Assembly (NCBI RefSeq): GCF_001194135.2
Contig: NC_068981.1
Location: 141,897,350-141,950,279, forward strand
Direction: 5' to 3'
From: Octopus bimaculoides
Lineage: Eukaryota
DNA: 52,930 nt
Position 1 is the first letter of the stretch. Each line of letters begins with the position of its first letter. Shown piece by piece: positions 13,546 through 27,060 of the stretch. The notes beneath the pieces are model-generated. The model saw only the letters and a program-made list of their open reading frames with translations. It was not told where the DNA came from and ran no database searches. The position numbers were made by a program, and so were the translations under genes.

Positions 13546-14719
13546 TCAAGTGATAAAGTTATTCCTTTTCGTAAATATTTTCAGCCTTTTACTGCATGTG
13601 TTCAAATCTTAGGAAGATGACCTTAACTAGCCAGTTCGCGATTGATCTGATCATTAACTTATTACTTGCGATATATGTTCTTCTAGAAAATTTGAAGACC
13701 TATGTTTATGCTTGTAATTAAAATTAACCAAGTGGTTTGGAAAAACTATTGGTTAGTATTTAGTTATACCTCTTTCTTACTTCTAATATGATCGAGGTCA
13801 ACTTAGTATATCTGCCTTTGTTTCAAAAGTACAATTGGTGATTTTTCCGCTGTGATTGTCGGAAATATTAGAATACAAATGATGCCTTTATTTAAATTCT
13901 GAGTTCAAATTCAGTTGAAGTCAACTTTGTATATCTAGCTTTAAGACTGCAAGTAGAAATGAATTTTATTCATCGTTCGTTTATTTTTTCTTCAATTATT
14001 AGAGTACCAGTCGAAGGGGCTTAAAAATTTGGCTATTTGAATATTGTCAGTTGAAAATCTGTCGACGCCAACAGTAATATAATTAGAATTTATCTACACT
14101 TATGTAATGCCAACCGCGCTATAGTCAATCAAAAGAGGAAGAAGAAAATCAATTATAACATCTAATACCTTGAAGAATTTCCCAAGAAATTAGTACCATG
14201 ATCATTTCATAAACGTAGAAGTCTAAGAAAGAGCATCGTCACAAGATTCCAGGACACAGTTATAAAACGAAGTCAGATTTTGGGGCAGTAAGATCCACAA
14301 TATGAAAAATGGTTCGGGTCCACTTAGCCCGTGATCTTTCTTCCACTCTCGTTTCTCCTATATTCGTCCACTGAGATGGTATTGAATCTGATGCTCCAAC
14401 AGCTCAGACAACCATTAAGAAAGTTGCTAACAGAAGGAAGAAGACGACGAATACCATCGACCACATGGCATCGAACTTTTCATGAAGTCTTGAAGGCTAT
14501 TGTCAAGAGACACTGGAAAATATAGAATATGTAACAAATCGAGAATACTGAGTGAGGACTGGCAATCGTGTGGAGTGTGTTGTGATTGATGTATTGTTAT
14601 CGATTTAGACGACTCTACAACTACTTCGAAATCTGTAGTTTCGTGGCAATAACAGTAACCATTACTAATATTAAATTTTGCCTGAGACAGGCGTGTCGAG
14701 TGAAGCTCTATCAAATTTG

Positions 14720-14821
14720 GCAAGAAATATTTATTTCTAATTTATATAAGCTGCGTGACTTCGGTAGAGTTGAAAAACTCGGAGAGTGGCTACACAACTT
14801 TTAGATAGAAATCAGGTAGTC

Positions 14822-14905
<84 letters not shown>

Positions 14906-14906
14906 T

Positions 14907-14953
<47 letters not shown>

Positions 14954-15400
14954 AACGGCGTTACTTCCAAGGAAACGCAAATAATAATTGGTGTCCCACA
15001 AGGCACTTTCTCGGGGCCACTGCTGTTCATAGTGGACCTCTCAGACATGCCCTCAGCTGTTCAGATAGCCACCGTTGGTATCTATGCAGACGATACAAAA
15101 GTCTCTCGGAGAATACAGGACTCAGGAGATGTTGCACACCTGCAAGAGACTTGGACGCAATTGACGGTTGGGCTGAGGACAATAACATGCAGTTTGAAGC
15201 TGGAAAATTCCAAGCACAGTGCTGCCAGCACACGAGGCGGAATGAAATATAAGCTGGATTCACTGGTCATGGAGGGATTGGAATCCCTGAATCAAAATCA
15301 GTTGAGAGCTGAGCATTGACATGAGTAATTTATGCATCTTTTCATGTGCATATTAATGAGTTGGCAATAAAATGTAGGCAGCTGGGCGCGTGGATCCTGA
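14720..15400 (+). pseudogene. CR1/L2-like LINE RT fragment interrupted by an in-frame trinucleotide array
   Basis: KLGEWLHNF-LDRNQV[array]NGVTSKETQIIIGVPQGTFSGPLLFI..IYADDTKV (YADD at 15083-15094); downstream frameshifts. Confidence 0.9.
14816..14953. repeat. Compound (GTA)n(GCA)n(GTA)n microsatellite
   Basis: Direct reading, 138 bp. Confidence 0.97.
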
Positions 15401-15497
15401 TGAGGAACAACAACTTAAACAAAGACATAGTTGCTGCTTTGACATATTCATATCCTTCTACATATAAAGTAAAATGTTTTAACCAAGCAGCTAAATA

Positions 15498-17274
15498 TTA
15501 GGTCGTCAAGTATGAAATTTGTAGAAAAAAAAAGTTTACTCATTTACTTGTTTCAGTCATTTGACTGCGGCCATGATGGAGCACCGCCTTTAGTCGAGCA
15601 AATCGACCCCAGGACTTATTCTTTGTAAGCCTAGTACTCATTCTATCGGTCTTTTTGCCGAACCGCTAAGTTACGGGGACGTAAACACGCCAGCATCGGT
15701 TGTCAATCGATGTTGGGGGGACAGACACAGACACACAAACATATATATATATATATANNNNNNNNNNNNNNNNNNNNNNNNNNNNNNNNNNNNNNNNNNN
15801 NNNNNNNNNNNNNNNNNNNNNNNNNNNNNNNNNNNNNNNNNNNNNNNNNNNNNNNNNNNNNNNNNNNNNNNNNNNNNNNNNNNNNNNNNNNNNNNNNNNN
15901 NNNNNNNNNNNCTGATCTTATATATATACATATACATATGCATATATACGACGGGCTTCTTTCAGTTTCCGTCTACCAAATCAACTCACAAGGCTTTGGT
16001 CGGCCAGAGGCTATAGTAGAAGACACTTGTCCAAGGTGCCACTTAGTGGGACTGAACCCAGAACCATGTGGTTGGAAAGCAAGCTACTTACCACACAGCC
16101 ACTCTGTTTTATAAATACAAGGAATAGTTTTATTCATAAAAGTATGCACCCATGCTGTCAACACACTTTTGCCATTTCAGCGGTAGCTTGTCTAGCCCAG
16201 AACTATAAAAGCCTAGCAATTTAGTCAATAAAATCTTGGAAGACGTGTTTTACAGCATCGTCGGAGTTATAATTTTTTCCCATCAAAAAGTTTGGATGAG
16301 GTGGCAGTCAGTGGAGGCAAGATCAGGTGAGTATGGTGGATGATGAAGAACTTTCAACTCCAACTCCTACAGTTTCGCCAATGTTATTTTTTGCGATGTG
16401 TGGTCTAGCGTTGTGTTGCAATAAAATAGCAGTGAACTAATCTAGGCTGCTTTTTTTTGTAAGTTTCTGCATCATTTGGTCCAGTTGGCTGCAGTATATT
16501 TCGGCTGTGATTGATGAACAAGGTTTAATGAAATCATAATGTATCACACCTGCGCCAGATCACCAAACTCACACCATCAGCTTCTTTGATGAATTTTGCT
16601 TTTTGGATTGTGTTTTGGTGGCTCGTCTTTGTCCAATTCTCACCACATGTTACAATTCGGTTAAAAAAATGATTCATTTCTGTGACAAGAAAGTAGCATA
16701 ATGCAGGCTTCCAATTGTTGTTGTTTCTGATTTTCATTGAGTTTATGTGGAACCAACTTATCCAAATTTTTCACTTTACCAATTTGAACTAGGTGAGTCA
16801 ATATTGCTTGCTTGCTAATGCCAAACAACAACGATAATTCACGGGCACTTTGAGGTGGATCTGACTCGACGGTGGCTTTCAGTTCATCATTATCAATCTT
16901 TGTTTCTGGTCGACCGCGTTGCTCATTTGTGAGGTCAAAGTTATCAGAACGAAATTTTACAAACCAATTTGATACTGTCTTCTGTGTAATAACATTAGAA
17001 TGAAATACTCCATTAACATTCCGAGCTGTCTGTGATGCTGTATATCCCAGAAAGAACTCATATTTCAAAGCTGTATGAATTTCCGACTTATCCATCTCTA
17101 AAAAAAAAAAAATTAAAAAAACGATTTATAAATACTTTAAAAAGCGCAAGATGAGTTAGAATAAAGAAATAGATGTGTCAGCTTTCTAACAAAAAAATAT
17201 AGTAATGGCGCAAAATAAGCATCTGTCAAAGTTTACCATATACTTTATTACAAATTTCATACTTGACGATCTAA
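15498..17274 (-). mobile_element. Mariner DNA transposon with both TIRs and TA TSDs; transposase pseudogene
   Basis: 26-bp TIRs 15498-15523 and 17249-17274 (25/26 match), TA at 15496-15497 and 17275-17276; minus ORF from 17095 with HTH-like N-terminus and LVPHKL (WVPHEL-like), NARPH, and HPPYSPDLASTD at about 16307-16342; frameshifted. Confidence 0.93.
15534..16103 (-). mobile_element. SINE family B nested inside the mariner
   Basis: Collinear with 686-1088; lies between the transposase stop and the left TIR; internal microsatellite contains a gap. Confidence 0.9.
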
Positions 17275-18400
17275 TACAAAGGGTTGATGAGTGTCTTTGA
17301 ACGCTGAGATGAGCTGTTATAAGCAGTCATTGGAAGTAAAATGTCCTAGAATTCTAAGGAAATGGTTGTAGGAAATTAGCGATAATTAGTAGATAGAATT
17401 GAATCAGTTTGGAACTATTTTATCATAATCGAAGAGCTAGTGAGGAGAAAGGTACTTGATCAATTCTTAGATACTAAGTACAAGGGTTGCTTTTTGTTAA
17501 AAAACATTCGTTTTCAAACATAGGGTTACGATAGCATTGGGTAGCACAGCCTTCTATGATTCTGGAAAGATCTACTCCATACAATGTCTGCCGTTTGTAA
17601 TTAATACAGTCTAGATGGTTAAAGTACAGGTTTGTCTTAGGGGATAAGTTAAGATTAACGACAAATGTAAAGCTCAATAGATCATTGCTGTTTAACCCTG
17701 TTCTAAGTGCAGTTTGGTGTCATCATCAGTTTAAGGAATGAGTCGCTGTATAATACTAATCAAATGGCACTTGTTCGGTGATTTGTGAAAACAGTTAGCT
17801 ACCCCAATTGCACTCACGACTTGAGAGGATTTTAGCACTTGATCATTTACTTCAAGCGTCAGGTGTAATGAGAAAGATCACATTCCATACGGGACGCAGA
17901 TAGCCGATCTGCACCAAACTACACGAATAGAAGTTGAACGCTTGGAGACATGTTCATATAATTCAACGCTTGTTTCTAAAACAAGGGTCTGGTTAAAGTG
18001 AACAGACTTCAAGAACTAAAATAAAATTTGGGTTGAATCGACCGCAATCAAGAAAAGGGTGAGAGGAAGTCTGTCCTTGAAAGGCTCAGTGGATGTACTT
18101 AATACCTTTACAACATTTTAGATGTATTTCTCTCTGACCACCAAAATGTGCACAAGTGAAGCAGAAAACAGACAAAACAAGCTAAGTTTAGTCTATGTTC
18201 AACAAATATCTTATGCTAGTCAGACATGCCTGATGCTAATAGTCACTTCAGAGTAAAGGTCTAGAGATGAATAGGTCGATGATGTGCAAGTATGTACTGA
18301 ATAAGTTCGTTGACAGAGTGTGTTTCTTTTAGCTACTCCTTTAGATGAAGCGAAGACCAAGAATGGACATTTGGTACCTGGGTGTTTGCAAGGTACTCAC

Positions 18401-18444
18401 AGTTCTTTAAATGTCGTGCATGAGTATGGTGTAAATTTGGCTAT
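18401..18444 (-). CDS. Candidate 44-bp internal exon (IAKFTPYSCTTFKEL)
   Basis: atattgcag acceptor, gtgagt donor, only one open frame (phase 0 to 2), compatible with the phase-0 end of 22726-23037. Confidence 0.42.
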
Positions 18445-18589
18445 CTGCAATATAGCAGATTAGCTGGTTGAAAATATTCTAACCGTGGAACGGTAATTTG
18501 GGTATCTATAAGAATACTTTGCACAAGCTCTTCCAAAGAATTTCACGCCTTAAATACACACACACGCGCGCGTGTGCACGCATGCACGC

Positions 18590-18818
18590 ACGCACACACA
18601 GATACAGACAGATAAATAGATAGACAGGTAGGTAGATAGATAGATAGATAGATAGATATATAGATAGATAGATAGGTAGATAGGTAGATAGATAGATAAC
18701 TAGGCAGATAGATAGAGACAGACAGACAGACAGATAGACAGACAAACAGACAAACAGACATCAGACAAACAGATAAACACTCAGTCAGGCAGACAGGCAG
18801 ACAGGCAGACAGACAGAC

Positions 18819-18853
<35 letters not shown>

Positions 18854-19000
18854 AAGGGAGATAGACAGATAGACAGACAGTCAGGCAAGCAGATAGATAG
18901 ACAGATAGATAGAGAGGCAGATAGACAGACAGATAGACAGGCAAACAGACAGGCAGGCAGAGAGATAGGCAGGCAAAGACACAGACAGATAGATAGATAC
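18590..19000. repeat. (GATA)n/(GACA)n/(GGCA)n tetranucleotide array
   Basis: Direct reading. Confidence 0.95.
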
Positions 19001-19739
19001 CATTTGATTATATAAAATATATTGTGACTTTCTCGAATTGGCACAGCAACTGGGAAGCATTGCACGCTCCACTGGCATAAATGTTTCATTACCCTGATAC
19101 TTCCATTCGTTTAACGTAAACGGATTGCTGATTATGGGGAATAATGTCGGCGTTCGTTTAATGTCAATGGGTTGCTCATTTCGAGAATAATATCAACATG
19201 CTGCTACTGTCTTCCGTGCAACTTATCTAGGAGACCTCCTAGTTCAAAATCGTTAGGTCATCTTTCATCTCAAAAGTAATAGCAGACAGTGATTCGCATG
19301 GGGAAAAAAAAAGACACTCTAAGTAAGCTTAGGAGTGCTAATAACGAGATTTTAACTCAATTAAAAGCTTTTTAAGGTGGAGATATATAAATAGAGCTGT
19401 TAGCGTGTTGGAAATATTATGCTTCGCAGGGTTTGTTCCAATTTTCTGCACACTGAGTTCAATTCCCGACGCGATTACTTTTGTCTTTCATCATTTCCAG
19501 GCTGATGGAAAACATCAACAGAATTGTGAGAACGTCAAACGAGAAATCTTACCTATCTATCTTTCTATCTATCTATCTGTCTGTCTGTCTGTAAGTGTGT
19601 GTATTTGTTTAAGACAAATATTATTCGCAAATACTTGCGAAGTACGTATTTTAGTTCGTTTAAGTCGTTTATTTGATAAAAAAAAAATCATCGTTGTACT
19701 CTTTCTAAATTGTTTTGTGCTCTTCTGTAGTCAGTAGTC

Positions 19740-19779
19740 ATTTACAACGACAACTACAACAAAAACAACAACAACAACA

Positions 19780-19813
<34 letters not shown>

Positions 19814-19949
19814 ATGCTGCTGCTGCTTTGCTGCTACTATCACAGCTATAAATGCTATTTTCTTTTCTGCTCTTCTTGTACTTCTTTCTTCTTCTCCTAT
19901 TTCTTCTTCTTCTTCTTCTTCTTCTTCTTCTTCTTCTTCTTCTTCTTCT

Positions 19950-19981
<32 letters not shown>

Positions 19982-21222
19982 TCATCTTTCTTCTTTATCA
20001 TCTACTTCCTCTTTCCTCTNNNNNNNNNNNNNNNNNNNNNNNNNNNNNNNNNNNNNNNNNNNNNNNNNNNNNNNNNNNNNNNNNNNNNNNNNNNNNNNNN
20101 NNNNNNNNNNNNNNNNNNNNNNNNNNNNNNNNNNNNNNNNNNNNNNNNNNNNNNNNNNNNNNNNNNNNNNNNNNNNNNNNNNNNNNNNNNNNNNNNNNNN
20201 NNNNNNNNNNNNNNNNNNNNNNNNNNNNNNNNNNNNNNNNNNNNNNNNNNNNNNNNNNNNNNNNNNNNNNNNNNNNNNNNNNNNNNNNNNNNNNNNNNNN
20301 NNNNNNNNNNNNNNNNNNNNNNNNNNNNNNNNNNNNNNNNNNNNNNNNNNNNNNNNNNNNNNNNNNNNNNNNNNNNNNNNNNNNNNNNNNNNNNNNNNNN
20401 NNNNNNNNNNNNNNNNNNNNNNNNNNNNNNNNNNNNNNNNNNNNNNNNNNNNNNNNNNNNNNNNNNNNNNNNNNNNNNNNNNNNNNNNNNNNNNNNNNNN
20501 NNNNNNNNNNNNNNNNNNNNNNNNNNNNNNNNNNNNNNNNNNNNNNCATTTCCTTCTTCTTCTTCTTCTTCATCTTCTTCTTCTTCTTCTTCTTCATCTT
20601 CTTCTTCTTCATTTCCTTCTTCTTCTTCTTCTTCATTTCCTTCTTCTTCTTCTTCTTCATCTTCTTCTTCTTCTTCTTCTTCTTCTTCTTCTTCTTCTTC
20701 TTCTTCTACTGCTTCTTCCTCCCCCTCCACCTCTTATACGACCGCTGCTGCTGCGTCCTCCTTTGCTACTACATCTGCTGCCCGTGTTGCTGCTGCTTCT
20801 TCTTCTGCTGCTACTGTTGATTCTGCTGCTGATTATATTTCTCTTCCTACTGCTTCTGATACTACTACTACTACTATAGCAGCTGCCACTGCTGCTGCTA
20901 TTGTCTCTGCTTGCCATGCTGCTACTACTCCTACTGCCACTACCACTGCTGTTCTTCCTGCTTCTGCTGCTCTAATACTGTTTATTCTGTTGCGCTTCTT
21001 CTATGACTCCTACTGCTTCTCGTGTTTCTGCTTTTCTTGCTACTACAACTGTAGATGCTGCTGTTTTCTCCCTGCTGCTAGCTTTCCTGCTTCTACTTCG
21101 TCTGACGTTGCTATCACTACTTCTGTTTCTGCTTCTACTTCTGGTCATGATGTTCCCGCTGCTGTTGTTGCTGTTACTACTGTAACTACTGCTTCTAATG
21201 TTGCTTATAATAATGATGATTG
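19740..21222. repeat. Compound trinucleotide low-complexity tract (AAC, TAC, TTC, CTG variants) spanning a gap
   Basis: Direct reading; source of spurious poly-L/F/S/A ORFs. Confidence 0.9.
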
Positions 21223-22725
21223 ACAGAGAGACAAAAGCACAAACAATGGATGAGGTTGAGGTTAAATTTATTGATCCAAAATATAATCTGTCCTTTTGTT
21301 TGCACCACAAAGGTGAATATCAAAATTCCAACTTTACCATGATTCGAACTGATAACGTAGATTAATGTAAGGCAAAAACGCTACAGATTTAGTCCTTAAC
21401 CCAATTGTTTCACCCTTATAAAATATTCGACCTAGATGATATTTAGCACAAGGTCAACCCCCATAAATCAAACCTATGTTCAAATATCATTATAGCTATG
21501 ATCATCACTCATTTTTGGGCGGGGGATATGTCTAAGATTGCATCGAATAACCAGCTGGAGTAGGCATCCTCCTGGGGTTAAAATGATAATAACGTCGGTT
21601 TCTACGGAACAGTCATGTTAAAATGGTGATAAGCATTACTTCTCAGTATAGTTTCTGCTTTCATCTCTTATAGAGATTTTCTAACTAGCTAATTTGCTTG
21701 TTTTAAGATTGTATTATTCATAATGTTCTTTCCTGTTTAGAGTTGGTAGAATGTGAAGATATTTAACTGCTATTTCTCCCAATTCAAGTAGCTTTATACA
21801 ACCTCTGCACATCGTAAACAGTATGTTCTGACCAAAATTGTGACCTTGCGGATTACAAATCCTCTATATTTTCCATATACAATCGATTACAACGGCCATT
21901 AATTCTCGACTGATAATAATTTTATCGACCTGAGAAAAATCTAAGGCAAGGTCGATTTTCGATTTGAATCTAGAACGTTATGGACAAAACCAAATAACAA
22001 CATAAAGCAAAACAATAAACCGTATTTTACCTTTTAATAATTCAAATGAATTCACAATTTCAATGATTTAAAATTTCGTAATAATTATTTGCAAATGAAG
22101 ACACAAGACAACACACTGTGTTAGCAGAAACGTACTCTTTCCACTGCGTAGAACATGCGCGCGCATGCGTGCACGCTCATGTATACGTGTGCGTGTATGT
22201 GTGTGTGTATATATATATATATATAAATGTATATATTCGTGTGTGTGTGTGTGTGCGTCTGCTTACGTGTTCTTTCCCCAAAACAGCAGTTCTAGAATTC
22301 GTTTATATTGTCTGACCATTGTCATACATGGTTACAGGCCACCCTACAATTATTCATCCATATTTTCCAACACATTTTAAGTTGTATTTCATGAAACAGG
22401 AAATTCTCAATGAATTTATTATGCATCCTAAAATAAAAATAACAATTGTTTTGTAATACAGATAAAAATCTAGACGTTTTCCGGGAGAGAAATAAGCGAT
22501 ACCTTTCCTCTATTACTTCGCTGTTATTTCCTTTTAATGAGTCTGGAGTTGTGAAAAACAAAGTTGAGATCTCCGGGATATGAACTTAGGATTTGAATTC
22601 GAAACTTAGATCGGGATATGAACTTAGAACAAAGAACCTGAAGGTTAAACCTCGAGCTCTAAAGATTCTGCCCGTTCACCACCCTTAACTGATGCGTGAA
22701 TCACAGATGGACATATATAAATTAC

Positions 22726-23037
22726 TTTCTTTAACTTTTCCAGCTCTTCTGGGAGAAACCTTTCAAATTTCATTTGATTGCACACCTGAATTTTCTCTCT
22801 TAAAAGATCAGGTTTGAGTGTTCTGCTCCTTTCCACATTAGAATACAACCCCGAGTTTATTTTGTAATCTAGTGCTGTGATGAAGGTGTGTATGTCACTA
22901 GAAACACCACTTATCCACATGTCATTAAAGGTCACTTCAGCATTGACCACCTGCCTATATTGCACCACAAAGGCAGCCGTCAACATCAGTACCACCACCT
23001 TTAATGGAGATCCTCTAGTTCCTACGTCCCAAGTATT
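22726..23037 (-). CDS. Probable internal coding exon of an unidentified gene (104 codons, one hydrophobic stretch)
   Basis: taatctcag acceptor just after an in-frame stop, AAA/gtaatt donor, 312 bp stop-free phase 0-0, non-repetitive peptide NTWDVGTRGSPLKVVVLMLTAAFVVQYRQ...FERFLPEELEKLKK; no TE motifs recognised. Confidence 0.6.
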
Positions 23038-23884
23038 CTGAGATTAATATATAGATATGCGTTGTGATGCATTAACATAAACTTCTTTCTTTGCCTAGCA
23101 CTCGGTATTAAACACAGCGCATATAGTGCCTTATGTCTTGCACGTATTATATAGTACTCAAATTTCTGCAAAGGTGGCATTGAGATACGTTGTAGAAGAC
23201 ACAAAGAAATATCCTGTGGCTTAGCAATGGATAAGGTCACCTTCTTTGTCTGTCATTCCTGTATGCGAACACCCGGAAGAAATGGACCTGTTTTCGACAG
23301 ATAATGCTGCTATCCTCTTTGACTCGTCTAAAACTTCCATAGATATAATTCGCCTGTTTTAAGTTATGTTTGCAAAAGACTAACCTCATCTTTCATTCAT
23401 ATATCTATTTGTTTGTGTGTAACTGCCATTCTCGTTTGACTTTCCAATTTTGTTGCGAATGTTCAAGCCGGTTTTATTAATTTATTTGTGAAAATGCTCT
23501 GTCTCTTCTCCTCTCGATGTGTTTATTCAGAGTGGTTAACCACCTTTCTTGTCTCTCTTTTATTTTCTTAAACTGCGGAATATTTTTTTACAATTGTTTG
23601 GTTGGTGGGAGAGGGAATAATTTGTATTCATCGGTCCTAACACCATAGAGGCAAGAGGCCCTTCCCTGTAATCCCAGAACAAACAGCCATGTTCAATACT
23701 GATAAGCTAACAAAACTATAATGAAAGCCTTATTTGCCCACACACGGTTGAAAAACAATTGAAACAACTGTCTAAACTCTTGTTACAATTGTTGCATCTG
23801 ATACGAAATATAAATATACGTCCATTTTTTAACAAATAATCCGTCAGCAAATAGAATTCTAAAACAAGGGCACATGTAAAGAGG

Positions 23885-23902
23885 AGAAGCAAAAGCAACA
23901 AT

Positions 23903-23943
<41 letters not shown>

Positions 23944-23996
23944 CAACAACAACAACAACAACAAAAACAACAACAACAACAATAATAATAATAACC

Positions 23997-24028
<32 letters not shown>
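23885..24028. repeat. (CAG)n(CAA)n(TAA)n compound microsatellite, tail side of adjacent SINE
   Basis: Direct reading. Confidence 0.95.
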
Positions 24029-24178
24029 CCTTTCTACTGTAGATACAAGGCTTGAAATTTTTGTGAGGAGGGTGGTAGTCCATTAAATCTACCCCAATGT
24101 TCAACTGGTACTTATTTCATCAACCCCGAGAAGACGGAAGGCAGTAGTCGACCTCGGATGAATTTGAACTCAGAACGT
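24029..24178 (-). mobile_element. SINE family A, head lost in gap
   Basis: Reverse complement of core and B-box (GAATTTGAACTCAGAACGT). Confidence 0.8.
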
Positions 24179-24817
24179 NNNNNNNNNNNNNNNNNNNNNN
24201 NNNNNNNNNNNNNNNNNNNNNNNNNNNNNNNNNNNNNNNNNNNNNNNNNNNNNNNNNNNNNNNNNNNNNNNNNNNNNNNNNNNNNNNNNNNNNNNNNNNN
24301 NNNNNNNNNNNNNNNNNNNNNNNNNNNNNNNNNNNNNNNNNNNNNNNNNNNNNNNNNNNNNNNNNNNNNNNNNNNNNNNNNNNNNNNNNNNNNNNNNNNN
24401 NNNNNNNNNNNNNNNNNNNNNNNNNNNNNNNNNNNNNNNNNNNNNNNNNNNNNNNNNNNNNNNNNNNNNNNNNNNNNNNNNNNNNNNNNNNNNNNNNNNN
24501 NNNNNNNNNNNNNNNNNNNNNNNNNNNNNNNNNNNNNNNNNNNNNNNNNNNNNNNNNNNNNNNNNNNNNNNNNNNNNNNNNNNNNNNNNNNNNNNNNNNN
24601 NNNNNNNNNNNNNNNNNNNNNNNNNNNNNNNNNNNNNNNNNNNNNNNNNNNNNNNNNNNNNNNNNNNNNNNGAAGAAGAAGAAGAAGAAGATGTGGAGAA
24701 GAAGAAGGAGAAGAAGAAGAAGAAGAAGAAGAAGAAGAAGAAGATGTGGAGAAGAAGAAGGAGAAGAAGAAGAAGAAGAAGAAGAAGAAGAAGAAGAAGA
24801 AGAAGAAGAAGAAGAAG

Positions 24818-24851
<34 letters not shown>

Positions 24852-24879
24852 GCAACAACAACAACAGCAACAACAACAA

Positions 24880-25090
24880 TACATGGAAACCAAAGAAGAA
24901 AGTAATTGGTGGAATTGGAACAACACCCAAACTGCTGGAGGATATTGGAATTGAGATTGACATCGTCGATCTGCAGAAAAGTGCAATCGTTTATGCCGCC
25001 AGAATCTTCAAAATAATTCTTGGGATTCGAGGAGACTTGTTTTGATCAAATCTCAAGACATTGCTGCTAATATAACATGTAACAGCTTTA
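24880..25090 (+). pseudogene. 3' terminal fragment of RLE-type (R4/Dong-like) non-LTR retrotransposon
   Basis: VIGGIGTTPKLLEDIGIEIDIVDLQKSAIVYAARIFKIILG resembles the V.GALG...LQK....TARI C-terminus; preceded by (GAA)n(CAA)n. Confidence 0.7.
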
Positions 25091-25096
25091 ATACTC

Positions 25097-25507
25097 CTAC
25101 TAAAATACAAGGTCTGAAATGTTTGGGGAGGTGACTAGTCGATTACATCGACCCCAGTGTTTCACTGGTAATAATTTATAGCCCCTGTAAAGATGAAAAG
25201 CAAAGTGGACCAAGGTGGAATTTAAACCCAGAACGCAAAGACGGGCGAAACGACGCAAAGCATTATCATTTAATAATGATTATAACGATTTAAAATTTTG
25301 CCACAAGGGCAGCTATTTTCGGAAAGGAGATAAGTCGATTACAGCGACACCTGTATTTCATTGGTACTTAATTTATCGACTCCAAAAGGATGAAAGGCAA
25401 AATCGATCTGGGTACAATTTGAACTCAGAACGTAGCGACAGACGAAATACCGCTAAGTTTTCCGCCCGGTGTGCTAACGATTATGCCAGCACACAGCCTT
25501 CGCCTTA
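25097..25507 (-). mobile_element. Two tandem SINE family A copies (about 25097-25268 and 25296-25507)
   Basis: Two successive reverse-complement cores (GATGAAA.GCAAA.T.GA, AATTT.AAC.CAGAACG). Confidence 0.8.
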
Positions 25508-25929
25508 TTTACTAACGATAATTATAACACTGATTTCTTTATTTGACATAATCTCAATAGCTGACGAGACATTATTATGAAAATAATTTCTAGCATAAAG
25601 AGAGAGAGAAACTTGGTAACAAAGAAAAGCCAATCAAAAATATTTGTGTTGAGACAAGAAATGCAGACTCTCTACATTGTAACTTGGACCAAAACGTAGA
25701 TCTGTGATTGACAAGTTGTCTGCGTAAGGGCAAGGTTTTGGAATCTATTCTACTGTGCAATAACGTGGGCAGGGCTGTATATTTTGATGACCGCCTTTAG
25801 ACGACTAATACATTGTAGCGGAAACTTGGTCGACGGAAACTGCTTGGAAGTCCGTCGCCATTTATGTGTGTGTGCATATCTGTATGTATAATATGTTTGT
25901 GTACCTATATTTTTGTATGTTAGTGTGCG

Positions 25930-26020
<91 letters not shown>

Positions 26021-26574
26021 TTGTGTGTGTGTTATGTACGAAGAATTCAATTATCGGAGAGGAAACAGACAAACAGGTGCATTGCGCACAACGTTCCGTG
26101 TTACATGTTATGTATCGAGTTACAGGTCCCAGCAACACTATTGTTCTCCACCAGCAATATACCCTAAATAAGTAAACAGATAACTAACTAACTAAGTAAA
26201 TAAATAGATACATAAATAAACATTCTACCAATAAATACGAGTTTCGAATCCTGGCAACGTGTATGTTGCAATTTGTATAAAATTAATGCATTTTAATGCC
26301 TAATGCAATACATGTCAGGCATTAGGAATATAAAGGATTTTTTTTAGCATCTTCCTTTTATTAAAGCTTTATTATACTTGTTTCGCTTATTTTGCTGTTA
26401 TTTTTTTAGTTATATGTTTTAGATTTCCACCTATAAAGATCGAAATGTCACCTTTATATGTCACAGCTGCAAGATTGTAGATTAAAAGGTCTTCTTAGTC
26501 ATCACTCAGTACGTGAGCAATCACTGGAACAATATCACAAACTAATCGCCCGCCCCTTTCTCCTATTTCTCAAC

Positions 26575-27060
<486 letters not shown>

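Noticed and set aside
19112-19146. 35-bp minus segment with cag acceptor and gtaatg donor
   Set aside because: Would put a stop in the next candidate exon (18444); no other support
21396-21581. TTAA-CCC...GGG-TTAA piggyBac-like ends
   Set aside because: TIR match is only 3 bp beyond TTAA
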